This document shows positions 28,463-37,768 of a stretch of 64,000 bases of DNA, piece after piece. The DNA comes from Paracoccaceae bacterium (lineage in GTDB: Bacteria > Pseudomonadota > Alphaproteobacteria > Rhodobacterales > Rhodobacteraceae). Numbering within the stretch: position 1 is the stretch's first letter; each line of letters starts with the position of its first letter. Location of the stretch: positions 8,313 through 72,312 of the forward strand of contig CANBRQ010000001.1 in assembly GCA_947371955.1 (NCBI GenBank), written 5' to 3'. The translations under genes and the position numbers were made by a program. The notes beneath the pieces were generated by a model, which worked only from the letters and a program-made list of their open reading frames with translations, was not told the origin of the DNA and did not search any database.

Positions 28463-29920
28463 GTGACCATCGGCAGCACCCTTGCCAGCGCCCTTTCGGG
28501 CCTGACCGCCGCGTCAAAGCGGGCAGAGCTGGTGTCTTCCAACATCGCGAATGCGACGACGCCCGGCTTCGGGCGTCGCCAGTTGCAAGTGACCGCGCGC
28601 AACGTTGGCACCAGCGGGCAAGGTGTTGCAATCGTTGGCGTCGACCGGACGGCCAATCCGGCCCTGATCAGCGACCGCCGGCTTGCACAATCGACTCAAG
28701 GGGAGGCGGATGCAAAGTCCGCATTCTACCAAAGGATCGAGACGCAAATGGGTACACCGGATCAGGCCTATTCGGTGAACGGCCGCGTCGCCGCCCTCGA
28801 CTCGGCCTTGGCCGAGGCGATCTCCCACCCCGAGTCAGAGCCTCGGCTGAATTCGGTCCTGAATGCCGCCAAGGGCATTGCGCGCAGCATCGTCGCCATC
28901 GGCAAGGACATTCAGGCCGCGCGTACCGCCGCGGATACCGAAATTGCCGCACAGGTCCAGCAGCTGAATACCGGGCTGGAACGGGCCACCAAACTTAACG
29001 TTCAGATCCGCAAGGGTTCTGGCATCGGGCAGGACACGGCGGCCTTGCAGGACCAGCGCCAACAGGTGATCGACCAGATCGCCAAGATCGTCCCGTTGCG
29101 GGAAGTGCCGCAAAGCGACGGCACAGTCTCGCTTTACACGACCACCGGGGGCGTGCTGCTGGACGGCATCCCCTCGGTTTTCGGCTTTACCCGGACCTCG
29201 GCGATTTCTCCGCCGATGACGCTGCAGTCGGGCGGTCTGTCCGGGCTGACGCTGAATGGCAAGGCCACGCCGACCTCGGGTGATTCTTCAGTCATTCTCG
29301 GTGGCTCCCTCGCCGGCAACTTCGCGGTGCGCGATGATCTGGCCGTCACCGCGCAGTCGCAGATCGACGCCGTGGCGCGCGATCTGGTCGAGCGGTTTCA
29401 GGACAGCGGGCTCGACACCACCCGCGCCTCCGGGGATCCGGGCCTCTTTACCGACACTGGTGCCGCGTTCGATCCGTTGAACGAGGTGGGTCTGGCCCAA
29501 AGGTTGACCGTCAACCTTGCGGCTGACCCGGCCAGGGGCGGCGCGTTGTGGAAAATCCGTGACGGTCTGGGGGCCGCCGTGCCGGGCACCGTCGGCAACT
29601 CCGCCCTGCTGACCGACCTGCGAGCGGCGCTGACCTCCGAGCATTCTCCCGCGTCGGGCGGCTTCATGGCAGGCGCGCGCAGCTTTTCGGCCTTGGCCAG
29701 CGATCTTCTCTCCGCCGCCGCGTCCAACAAACTGGCCGCGGAGGGCGAGGCCACCTATGCCGCCGCCCGCCTGGACACCTTCACCTCGATGGAGGCGCAG
29801 GGCGGCGTCGATACTGACCAGGAAATGCAGGACCTGCTGCAGATCGAGCAGAACTATGCCGCCAATGCCAAGGTCATCAAAACTGTGGATGACATGATCA
29901 AAACCCTGATGGATATGTAA
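28463..29920 (+). CDS. flgK: Hook-associated protein FlgK
   Basis: SSNIANATTPGFGRR N-terminus; GVDTDQEMQDLLQIEQNYAANAKVI C-terminus. Confidence 0.92.
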   Translation: MTIGSTLASALSGLTAASKRAELVSSNIANATTPGFGRRQLQVTARNVGTSGQGVAIVGVDRTANPALISDRRLAQSTQGEADAKSAFYQRIETQMGTPDQAYSVNGRVAALDSALAEAISHPESEPRLNSVLNAAKGIARSIVAIGKDIQAARTAADTEIAAQVQQLNTGLERATKLNVQIRKGSGIGQDTAALQDQRQQVIDQIAKIVPLREVPQSDGTVSLYTTTGGVLLDGIPSVFGFTRTSAISPPMTLQSGGLSGLTLNGKATPTSGDSSVILGGSLAGNFAVRDDLAVTAQSQIDAVARDLVERFQDSGLDTTRASGDPGLFTDTGAAFDPLNEVGLAQRLTVNLAADPARGGALWKIRDGLGAAVPGTVGNSALLTDLRAALTSEHSPASGGFMAGARSFSALASDLLSAAASNKLAAEGEATYAAARLDTFTSMEAQGGVDTDQEMQDLLQIEQNYAANAKVIKTVDDMIKTLMDM

Positions 29921-29921
29921 A

Positions 29922-30929
29922 ATGCCCAGCATGACCGTTGGCGATATGGCCAAGTCCCTGCTTCTCAGCCGTCAGGGCGTGAACCTGAAGACCGCCATGC
30001 AAAAGCTCTCGACCGAGGCTACGACAGGTCTCGTGACCGACCAGACCGAAAGGCTGCGCGGCAACTACGTGCCCATCGCGGGGATCGAAACCAGCCTGAC
30101 ACAACTGGAAGCTTATCACACCGTCACGTCCGAAACACAGGTTATCGCCAGCGTGATGCAGACCGTACTGGGCACAATCAACGATCAATCGAGCGCCCTC
30201 AGCTCGGCCATGCTGGCCGGGGCCTCGGGGGCATCAACGTTGCAGATCAATGCGTTGGGCAACGCGGCGGTGCATCGCTTGGACACCGTGATGGCGGCGC
30301 TGAACACTAGGTTCGGCGAACGTTCGCTCTTTGCCGGTCAAAGCACCGACGCGGTCACCGTGGCCAGCGCCGAAACGATGATGACCGCCCTTGAAACCGC
30401 CATTTCCAACGCGGGCGCGATTTCTTCCGCCGATGTGGAGGCGACGGTCAACACCTGGTTTGACGATCCGGCCGGTTATGCTGCCACCGTCTATCAGGGT
30501 GGCGACATCCTTGAACCGGTGCCCGTGGGCCCCGATCAGACTGCGCAGATTGATGTCACGGCCAAGGATCCGGCAATCATCCAGACCCTGAAAGGCCTGG
30601 CCCTTGGCGCGCTTCTGGGGCGGGGTGCGCTGGCTGGCAACGATACGGCACGCGCCGATCTGGCCAAGCGCGCCGGCGAAAGCCTCGCCGGTTCGCAAAG
30701 CATCATCGTCCAGCTCGGCGCCCGTCTCGGCACCACCGAGGCTACCGTCGAGAACACTGCCACCCGCAACGATGCCGAAAAGGACGTGCTGCAGACCGCG
30801 CGACTGAACCTGCTGTCGGTTGATCCCTATGAGACGGCGGCCAAGTATCAGGAAACCCAAGGCCAGTTGCAGACGCTTTATGCCCTCACTGCGCGCGCCT
30901 CGCGCCTCAGCCTGGTGGATTTCCTGTGA
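29922..30929 (+). CDS. flgL: Hook-associated protein FlgL (flagellin-like)
   Basis: Follows flgK; LNTRFGERSLFAG, VDPYETAA...SRLSLVDFL. Confidence 0.85.
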   Translation: MPSMTVGDMAKSLLLSRQGVNLKTAMQKLSTEATTGLVTDQTERLRGNYVPIAGIETSLTQLEAYHTVTSETQVIASVMQTVLGTINDQSSALSSAMLAGASGASTLQINALGNAAVHRLDTVMAALNTRFGERSLFAGQSTDAVTVASAETMMTALETAISNAGAISSADVEATVNTWFDDPAGYAATVYQGGDILEPVPVGPDQTAQIDVTAKDPAIIQTLKGLALGALLGRGALAGNDTARADLAKRAGESLAGSQSIIVQLGARLGTTEATVENTATRNDAEKDVLQTARLNLLSVDPYETAAKYQETQGQLQTLYALTARASRLSLVDFL

Positions 30930-32029
30930 TACTTCGCGCCCTCTGCGTCTCACTGGCGGCACTTTTGTCCAGCCCTGCTGCGGCGCAAGCCATCCGCATC
31001 AAGGACTTGGTGGAGTTCGACGGCGTGCGCGGCAACGATCTTGTCGGCTATGGCCTTGTGGTCGGCCTGAATGGCACCGGAGACGGTCTGCGCAATTCGC
31101 CCTTCACCGAGGAGATCATGTCCAACCTGTTGGAGCGACTTGGCGTCAACGTCACCGGAGAGCAGTTTCAACCCAAGAACGTGGCGGCCGTCTTCGTGAC
31201 TGCCTCGCTGCCGCCCTTTTCTCGGGCGGGCGGACGGATTGATGTGACGGTCTCGGCCATCGGCGATGCCAAGAGCCTGCTCGGCGGTACTTTGGTGATG
31301 ACGCCCTTGAACGGGGCGGATGGCCAGATCTACGCGGTGGCGCAGGGCACCATCATTGCCGGCGGCGTTTCGGCCGAGGGTCAGGCCTCCAAGGTGACGC
31401 AAGGCGTGCCGACCTCGGGCACCATCCCCTCGGGCGCGCATGTCGAGCGTGAGGTGCAGTTCGATTTCAGCCAGATGCATTCGGTGCGGTTGGCGCTGCG
31501 GGCGCCGGATTTCACCACCGCCGCCAAGATTGAGGCCGTCATCAACACGGCCTTTGGCAGCAATGTGGCGCTGATGCAGGACTCCGGCACCGTATCGCTG
31601 AACATCGACGCGACCCAAATGAACAGCCCGGCCCGCGTCATCGCCAAGCTTGAGAACCTGACGGTGGAGCCCGAGGCGCGCGCTCGCGTTGTCGTCGACC
31701 AGCGCAGTGGCACGATCGTGATGGATGACGACGTCCGCATCAGCCATGTCGCCATCGCGCAGGGCAATCTGACTTTGCGGGTTGATGAGATGCCGCAGGT
31801 GGTGCAGCCCAACCCCTTTGCGCAGGGCGAGACCATCTCTGTGCCCCGCACAAACGCCCAGATCCAGAATGCGCCGGGTACTGGATTGGCCGAGGTTCAG
31901 GGCGGTGCCAGCCTCTCTGAGGTTGTAGCTGGGCTGAACGCCTTGGGTGTGGCACCCCATGACATGATCGACATCCTGAAAAGCATCAATGCAGCCGGGG
32001 CGCTGCACGCGGAGTTTCTGGTGAACTGA
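30926..32029 (+). CDS. flgI: Flagellar P-ring protein FlgI
   Basis: Signal peptide, RIKDLV..GVRGNDLVGYGLVVGL, GALHAEF C-terminus. Confidence 0.96.
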   Translation: MILRALCVSLAALLSSPAAAQAIRIKDLVEFDGVRGNDLVGYGLVVGLNGTGDGLRNSPFTEEIMSNLLERLGVNVTGEQFQPKNVAAVFVTASLPPFSRAGGRIDVTVSAIGDAKSLLGGTLVMTPLNGADGQIYAVAQGTIIAGGVSAEGQASKVTQGVPTSGTIPSGAHVEREVQFDFSQMHSVRLALRAPDFTTAAKIEAVINTAFGSNVALMQDSGTVSLNIDATQMNSPARVIAKLENLTVEPEARARVVVDQRSGTIVMDDDVRISHVAIAQGNLTLRVDEMPQVVQPNPFAQGETISVPRTNAQIQNAPGTGLAEVQGGASLSEVVAGLNALGVAPHDMIDILKSINAAGALHAEFLVN

Positions 32030-32038
32030 CCAAAGCAT

Positions 32039-32064
32039 AAGGCCCCGCTTGCGGGCGGGGCCTT
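32039..32064. terminator. Probable bidirectional terminator between convergent flgI and fliP
   Basis: AAGGCCCCGC-TTGCGG-GCGGGGCCTT, a 10-bp stem. Confidence 0.65.
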
Positions 32065-32086
32065 CGGGTTCCACCAGCCCGGAGGA

Positions 32087-32812
32087 TCAGCCGCCGCCAT
32101 AACTTCGCACCAAGGCGCTGGAGACAAGGGTCCAGCCATTGGCCACCACGAAGAAGGCCAGCTTGAACGGCAAGGATACCACGGCCGGTGGCACCATCAT
32201 CATCCCCATCGACATCAGGATCGCCGCCGTCACAAGATCGATGATCAGGAAGGGCAGATAGATCAGAAAGCCGATCTGAAACGCCCGCGAAATTTCTGAC
32301 AGCATGAAGGACGGCACCAGAAGCGAAAACGGTGCATCAGCCAGTTTGGCGGTCTCCCCGGGGCGAAGCGCCTCCAGTGCGGCGAACGTGTCCGGGTTCG
32401 TGCGGTTGGCCATGAACCCTCGGAACGGGGCAGCGATCAGCGGGATCGCCTCTTGCACCTCGATCTGGCCGGAGGTCAGGGGTTCTACCCCCTTTTTCCA
32501 GGCCTCGGTCAGGACCGGGTCCATGACGAACCAGGTCAGGAACAGGGCGAGGCTGACGATGACCATGTTGGGCGGCGATTGCTGCAGTCCCAAGGCCTGC
32601 CGCAGAATCGACAGAACTGTGACGATGAAGGGAAAACATGTCACCATGACGGCCAGTCCCGGCACAAGGCTCAGCAAGGTGACCAGCGCGATGATCTCGA
32701 CTGATCTGGTAGCCAAGGAGCCGTTGTTGCCGAAATCCAGCGAGACAGATTGCGCCAGCGCCGGGCCGGTCGCGAGGATCAGAGCCAGCGCCAAAAGTCC
32801 GATGCGCCTCAC
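32087..32812 (-). CDS. fliP: Flagellar export protein FliP
   Basis: LRQALGLQQSPPN, PSFMLSEI, MGMMMVPP..VSLPFKL. Confidence 0.96.
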   Translation of the reverse strand: MRRIGLLALALILATGPALAQSVSLDFGNNGSLATRSVEIIALVTLLSLVPGLAVMVTCFPFIVTVLSILRQALGLQQSPPNMVIVSLALFLTWFVMDPVLTEAWKKGVEPLTSGQIEVQEAIPLIAAPFRGFMANRTNPDTFAALEALRPGETAKLADAPFSLLVPSFMLSEISRAFQIGFLIYLPFLIIDLVTAAILMSMGMMMVPPAVVSLPFKLAFFVVANGWTLVSSALVRSYGGG

Positions 32813-33078
32813 AGCCCACCCCGCAGATTGGCCACTTCGGTCAGCCGCACGGCAAGTTGCCCGGCCTGCTCGCCCTCCAGTTCCTGCAATTCGCCGCGCG
32901 CGATCAGCCGGTCACCGACGTAAAGCTCCACCGGGTCATCGACCCTTCGGTCCAGCGGCAGAATGGCGTCGCGGCTGAGGCGCAGCAGGTCCTTCACCAT
33001 GGGCCGCGCCTTGCCGACCGAGATCGTCACCTCGATCGGGACCTGCGCGAAGGGGTTCGTATCGGCGGGATCATCCAT
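32809..33078 (-). CDS. fliN: Flagellar motor switch protein FliN
   Basis: Start moved to ATG 33078; SpoA domain VPIEVTISVG...LDRRVDDPVELYVGDRLIARGEL. Confidence 0.88.
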   Translation of the reverse strand: MDDPADTNPFAQVPIEVTISVGKARPMVKDLLRLSRDAILPLDRRVDDPVELYVGDRLIARGELQELEGEQAGQLAVRLTEVANLRGGL

Positions 33079-33667
33079 TTGGTCTGTCCTTTCCGGGAAG
33101 GTCGAAGAAGCCGCGCACGGCAGAGGCAATTTCAGCAGTGGCCTTGTCGAGGTCCACCTGGGTTTCTACCGTCCCAAGGCGAATGTAGACTTGGCCTTCC
33201 CCCAACGTCGGCTCTTCCTCGATGGTCAGGGGCAGGCCGGTGGCCTGTTCCAGCAAGGCCTCAACCCCCGCACGGGCGACTGGGTTTATCACCAGAGTCA
33301 CGGGCGCGTCGCCCAGCCCCTCGGCCAGCGGCATCAGGGTTTCCAGCACAAAGGGTGCCAGAGTTTCACGCGCAATCTCGGGCAGAAGCTGGCCGACGAT
33401 CTGCAGCAGCAATGGTTCCACTGCTTTCAGTACATGGTTGCGCGCCTCATGATAGGTGAAGCTGAGGGTCTGCAGATTGCGCGCCAGCTCTGCCCGGATC
33501 CTTGTCTGATCCTCGGTCATGGCGGCGCTGGCATCATCCCAGCCGGCCTTGTAGCCCGTCTCGTAGGAGGCGAGCTTTTCGTCTTCCAGCGCCACGCGGT
33601 CCAGAACGACGGTATGGGTCTTCTTCGGTTTTTGTTCGGTATCAAAGACTTCAAGCTTCAGGACCAT
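33071..33667 (-). CDS. fliH: Flagellar assembly protein FliH
   Basis: YETGYKAGW repeat-like motif; lies between fliF and fliN. Confidence 0.75.
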   Translation of the reverse strand: MVLKLEVFDTEQKPKKTHTVVLDRVALEDEKLASYETGYKAGWDDASAAMTEDQTRIRAELARNLQTLSFTYHEARNHVLKAVEPLLLQIVGQLLPEIARETLAPFVLETLMPLAEGLGDAPVTLVINPVARAGVEALLEQATGLPLTIEEEPTLGEGQVYIRLGTVETQVDLDKATAEIASAVRGFFDLPGKDRPNG

Positions 33668-35277
33668 CAGACCGGCTCCTCGTCATGTTCCATCCAGGCG
33701 CGCAGAATTTCGATGGACTCGGCCTGACGTTCCTCGATCAGGCGGCGTAGGCGCGCGACGGGGTCGGTCTCTACGCCAGTCATGGCGGCCTCTTGTTCAG
33801 AGAAGTCGGCGACCTGCGGGAACATGATGCCACCGTCATCGATTTCGCCATCCAGCGCGACCGGGGCCGGGGTGGCCATTCCACTCGGCAGGGCCAATGG
33901 CATCATGGGAGCCTCAAGTTGCCCAACACTCCGCGCCGAAGAGGTCAGGATCGGGCGGATCACGAACAACCCGAGGATCAGCGCCACCAACGCGAGAACC
34001 CCAAGCTGGATCATCGACATCAGGTTCAAGGGGCCAAACGTCGATAGGAAACTGGATTCCACCAGCGTGCCTCCCACCGCCTGCTGATCAAACGGCAGCG
34101 ATTTCAGCGTCAGCACATCGCCCCGCGTCGTGTCGAGCCCGACAGCAGAGGAGACAAGCTCTTTCAGCGTCGCCAGTTCGGCATCCGAGCGTGGCTGGAA
34201 CGTCACCGTGCCGTCGGCCGCTGTCAGCTTTTCCTGATCGACCAGAACCGCCACCGACAGTTTCGCCACAGCACCGGGCACCTTGATGACCTGCCGGTTG
34301 GTCTCGGATACCTCATAGTTCACCCGTTCGGATTTGTCGGAATTCTGGCTCTGGTTTGTCCCGCCCGGCGCAGCGGCCACTGTCGGCAGGTTGGAGGCGA
34401 CCGTCACATTGCTGTCCGCCCCGCTTGATGTGCCACTTTTATCTTGAGTTTCCGTCGAAATCGCCACTTTTCCCTGTGGGTCCAGCGTGCGCTGATTGAC
34501 CTCTTCCCGGTCGGTGACGACATCGACATTCACCTCGACCACCGCCTTGCCGGGGCCGACACGTGCCGCCAGCAGGCGCTCGACGTTCTGCTTTATCTCA
34601 GCCGCCTTTGCATCGCCTGCGGTATTCGGCGCGGACACGTCCGTCTCAGAGGGAATCAACCCGGCGACCGAGTCGATCACCGCCACGTCATCCGGTTGCA
34701 TCCCCGAAACCGCCCCCGCCACCAGATGCCGGATCGCATTGGCCTGTTCGGCCGACAGCGTGCCTGACCGCGTGGTGACCGTCACGCTTGCCGTTGGCTT
34801 GTTCTTGTCCTGAAACAGCTGAGTCGGAGCCTGAGCGATATGCACCCGTGCTGCCTTGACCTCTGGCAAAGCCAGCACAGTGCGCGCCAGTTCGCCCTCT
34901 TTCGCCCGCCAGTAGGCCGCATCGAACATCTGCGAGGTCGTGCCGAATCCTGACAGGGAATCAAGCAGTTCGTAGCCCGTGCCCCCCGTTGCCGGCAGCC
35001 CCTGCCCGGCAAGGGTCATCCGCAGACTGTCGCGTTTGGTCTGGTCCACATAGATCGCATCGCCGCGAATCTCGTACTTGACGGCCTGCGCATCCAGCGC
35101 CGTAACGACCGCCCCTGCAGAAGCGCTGTCGAGTCCGGAATAAAGCAGTGCCAAATCGGACTGCCCCGCCATCCGCGCAAGGCTGAGGATGGCCAGAAAC
35201 ATGGCGACGGTCGCACCAAGAACGATGGCCCGACGCGGGTTGCTGAGATTGGTCCATAGCGAAAGCAGATTCTGCAA
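33667..35277 (-). CDS. fliF: Flagellar MS-ring protein FliF
   Basis: Two TM segments, GYELLDSLSGFGTTS, RAKEGELART, ARVHI; TTG start. Confidence 0.96.
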   Translation of the reverse strand: MQNLLSLWTNLSNPRRAIVLGATVAMFLAILSLARMAGQSDLALLYSGLDSASAGAVVTALDAQAVKYEIRGDAIYVDQTKRDSLRMTLAGQGLPATGGTGYELLDSLSGFGTTSQMFDAAYWRAKEGELARTVLALPEVKAARVHIAQAPTQLFQDKNKPTASVTVTTRSGTLSAEQANAIRHLVAGAVSGMQPDDVAVIDSVAGLIPSETDVSAPNTAGDAKAAEIKQNVERLLAARVGPGKAVVEVNVDVVTDREEVNQRTLDPQGKVAISTETQDKSGTSSGADSNVTVASNLPTVAAAPGGTNQSQNSDKSERVNYEVSETNRQVIKVPGAVAKLSVAVLVDQEKLTAADGTVTFQPRSDAELATLKELVSSAVGLDTTRGDVLTLKSLPFDQQAVGGTLVESSFLSTFGPLNLMSMIQLGVLALVALILGLFVIRPILTSSARSVGQLEAPMMPLALPSGMATPAPVALDGEIDDGGIMFPQVADFSEQEAAMTGVETDPVARLRRLIEERQAESIEILRAWMEHDEEPV

Positions 35278-35329
35278 AGTCTTCTCCGTTCAGGGCTTCT
35301 GCCCCTCGCACCACTTTGAAGTGCCGGTC

Positions 35330-35344
35330 TTAACAATCGGTTAG
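35330..35344. promoter_or_regulatory. CtrA-like box in the divergent fliF/fliL promoter
   Basis: TTAA-CAATCGG-TTAG. Confidence 0.65.
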
Positions 35345-35389
35345 GAGGAACGGTCTATCTTCGTTCTCACAGTGAGGATGGAGGTCCCT

Positions 35390-35872
35390 TTGGCCGAAGC
35401 CGAAGCGCCGCAGGATGCGGCTCCCAAAAAGAAGTCGAAACTGCCCCTGATTATTGGGTTGGTCCTGTTCCTCGCTTTGGGCGGGGGTGGCTTCTATGCC
35501 GTCTATTCCGGCCTGATTCTGGCCCCCACGTCCGGGGTCAAATCGGCCGAAGGAGAGAAGAAGGATGCGCCAGAGATTGCCTTTGTCCCGATCGAGCCTG
35601 TGACGATTTCGCTGGGCAAGGCCGACGACAATCACCATCTGCGCTTCACCGCGCAGCTGGAGGTCAACAAGGAGAGGGCTGAAGAGGTCACGACACTGGT
35701 TCCGCGCATTCTGGACGTGTTGAACGGCTACCTGCGCGCGTTGGAGGTGTCGGAATTGGAAGATCCCGATGCGTTGGTGCGCCTGCGCTCGCAGATGCTG
35801 CGCCGCGTCCAGATCGTCACGGGCGAGGGCTGCGTGCGCGACCTTCTTGTCACAGAATTCGTACTTGAGTGA
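35390..35872 (+). CDS. fliL: Flagellar basal body-associated protein FliL
   Basis: Probable TTG start after GGAGG; N-terminal KKKSKL followed by a TM helix; C-terminal VRDLLVTEFVLE. Confidence 0.88.
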   Translation: MAEAEAPQDAAPKKKSKLPLIIGLVLFLALGGGGFYAVYSGLILAPTSGVKSAEGEKKDAPEIAFVPIEPVTISLGKADDNHHLRFTAQLEVNKERAEEVTTLVPRILDVLNGYLRALEVSELEDPDALVRLRSQMLRRVQIVTGEGCVRDLLVTEFVLE

Positions 35873-35881
35873 GGCCGCACA

Positions 35882-36277
35882 ATGAACATGATTTCGGATA
35901 TTCTTCTTGCCGCCGGCGCCTTTGGTGCTGCGATCTATTGCTACGTCCTTGGCGCGCGGCTGAAGAAATTCACCACCCTGGAAACCGGCATGGGTGGGGC
36001 AATCGCGGTTCTGTCGGTGCAGGTCGATGACATGACCAAGGCCTTGGACAAGGCCCGCGCAGCCGCAACCGGTTCGGCCTCCAGCCTGGAAGGCCTGACC
36101 GCGCGCGCCGAAGCAGTGGCCGCCCGGATCGAGCTTTTGCTGGCGTCGATGCATGATCTGCCCGAGCCGGGCGGAAACGTGGCCCCTGTCCAGGCCGAGG
36201 CGCAGGAGGAGGCTGATCGCAAACTGCGGTTCATCCGCCGGCGGCCCGGCCGTTCTGATCTGGAGGCTGCAGAATGA
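35882..36277 (+). CDS. Conserved flagellar-cluster membrane-anchored coiled-coil protein
   Basis: N-terminal TM helix then coiled coil; translationally coupled to motE. Confidence 0.7.
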   Translation: MNMISDILLAAGAFGAAIYCYVLGARLKKFTTLETGMGGAIAVLSVQVDDMTKALDKARAAATGSASSLEGLTARAEAVAARIELLLASMHDLPEPGGNVAPVQAEAQEEADRKLRFIRRRPGRSDLEAAE

Positions 36278-36834
36278 CCGCGCGCAAACGACAATCCGGG
36301 CGCAGTGTGCTGGTGGTCCTGTCGCTGATCCTCACCTCGGCAGGGGCGTTGCGATTGGGGTCGGGCATCGGCGTGGCACTGGCCAATTCACCTCTGGAAA
36401 CCGCGGCGGCCCCACTGGACTGCCCGATGCCGCCAGCCGCCCTCGCCGCCGCTCTTGCCGGGCGTGAGGCGCAAGTGAAGGCGCAGGAAGCCGCCATGGC
36501 TGAGCGGATGGCTGCCTTGAACCTTGCCGATCAGGCGATCACGAGGCGGATGGGCGAACTGCAGGCGGCGGAAGATGAATTGAAGAAAACTCTGGCCATT
36601 GCCGACGGTGCCTCGGAGAAGGACCTGACCCAGCTGACGGCCGTTTATGAGGCGATGAAGCCCGCCGATGCCGCAGCCCTGTTCCAGACCATGGCACCGG
36701 AGTTTGCAGCGGGCTTTCTGGGGCGCATGCAGCCGGCCTCGGCCGCCGCCGTGATGACCGGCATGAAACCGGACAAGGCTTACGAAATCTCGGTCCTTCT
36801 GGCCGGCCGCAACGCCACGGCGCCCAAGAACTAG
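36274..36834 (+). CDS. motE: MotE-family protein (MgtE N-terminal-like helical repeats)
   Basis: LTAVYEAMKPADAAALF...MQPASAAAVM...MKPDKA repeats. Confidence 0.78.
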   Translation: MTARKRQSGRSVLVVLSLILTSAGALRLGSGIGVALANSPLETAAAPLDCPMPPAALAAALAGREAQVKAQEAAMAERMAALNLADQAITRRMGELQAAEDELKKTLAIADGASEKDLTQLTAVYEAMKPADAAALFQTMAPEFAAGFLGRMQPASAAAVMTGMKPDKAYEISVLLAGRNATAPKN

Positions 36835-36895
36835 TGTCAGGGTTTCTTAACGCGGGCGTGGCAATCATGCCAAAGGCAAAAGAAAGAGGCGGATC

Positions 36896-37768
36896 ATGCT
36901 TGCTATAGTCGGCATCATAATGATCTTCGTCATGGTTTTCGGCGGTTATGTCTTCGCCGGCGGCAAGATGGAAATCATCCTTGAAGCCTTGCCGCACGAA
37001 ATGATCGTGATCGGCGGGGCGGCCATTGGCGCCTTTCTCTTGGGCAACGACCTAGCCACGGTCAAGCAGGCCATCAAGGACCTCGGCAAGGTCTTCAAAG
37101 GGTCAAAGTGGAAGGCAGCCGACTACCGCGATCTGCTGGCGCTTTTGTTCGAATTGGTCCGGATTGCCCGCTCCAATCCAGTGGCGCTGGAAGAACATGT
37201 GGAAAACCCGGAAGGATCATCGATCTTCGGGCGGTTTCCCAGGATCCAGCATGACCATGACGTTGTTGAACTGATCTGCGACACCCTGCGCGCCGCCTCA
37301 ATGAACTACGACGACCCGCATCAAGTCGAAGAGGTGCTCGACAAGCGGATGGAGGAGGCGCATCACCACGCGCTGCACGGCAGCCACGCCTGGCAAAGCA
37401 TGGCTGACGCCATGCCCGCCATTGGCATCGTCGCCGCCGTTCTGGGCGTGATCAAGACCATGGGCTCGATCGACCAGCCGCCCGAGATTTTGGGCGGCAT
37501 GATCGGCGGCGCGCTGGTCGGGACATTCATGGGCGTATTTCTGGCTTACGGCTTCATCGGTCCAATGTCCTCGCGCATCAAGGCTGTGGTGGATGAGGAC
37601 AACTATTTCCACCAACTGATCCGGGAGGTGTTGATTGCCAACCTTCACCGCCACCCGCCGAACATCTGCATCGAGGTGGGACGGCAAAACACGCCGCATC
37701 ATGTGCGCCCCAGCTTCTCAGACGTCGAAGCGGTGTTGCGCGGTCTGAAACAGGAAAACGCTGCATGA
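36896..37768 (+). CDS. motA: Flagellar stator protein MotA
   Basis: Four TM helices; PAIGIVAAVLGVIKTM, GALVGTFMGVFLAYG, EVGR. Confidence 0.96.
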   Translation: MLAIVGIIMIFVMVFGGYVFAGGKMEIILEALPHEMIVIGGAAIGAFLLGNDLATVKQAIKDLGKVFKGSKWKAADYRDLLALLFELVRIARSNPVALEEHVENPEGSSIFGRFPRIQHDHDVVELICDTLRAASMNYDDPHQVEEVLDKRMEEAHHHALHGSHAWQSMADAMPAIGIVAAVLGVIKTMGSIDQPPEILGGMIGGALVGTFMGVFLAYGFIGPMSSRIKAVVDEDNYFHQLIREVLIANLHRHPPNICIEVGRQNTPHHVRPSFSDVEAVLRGLKQENAA

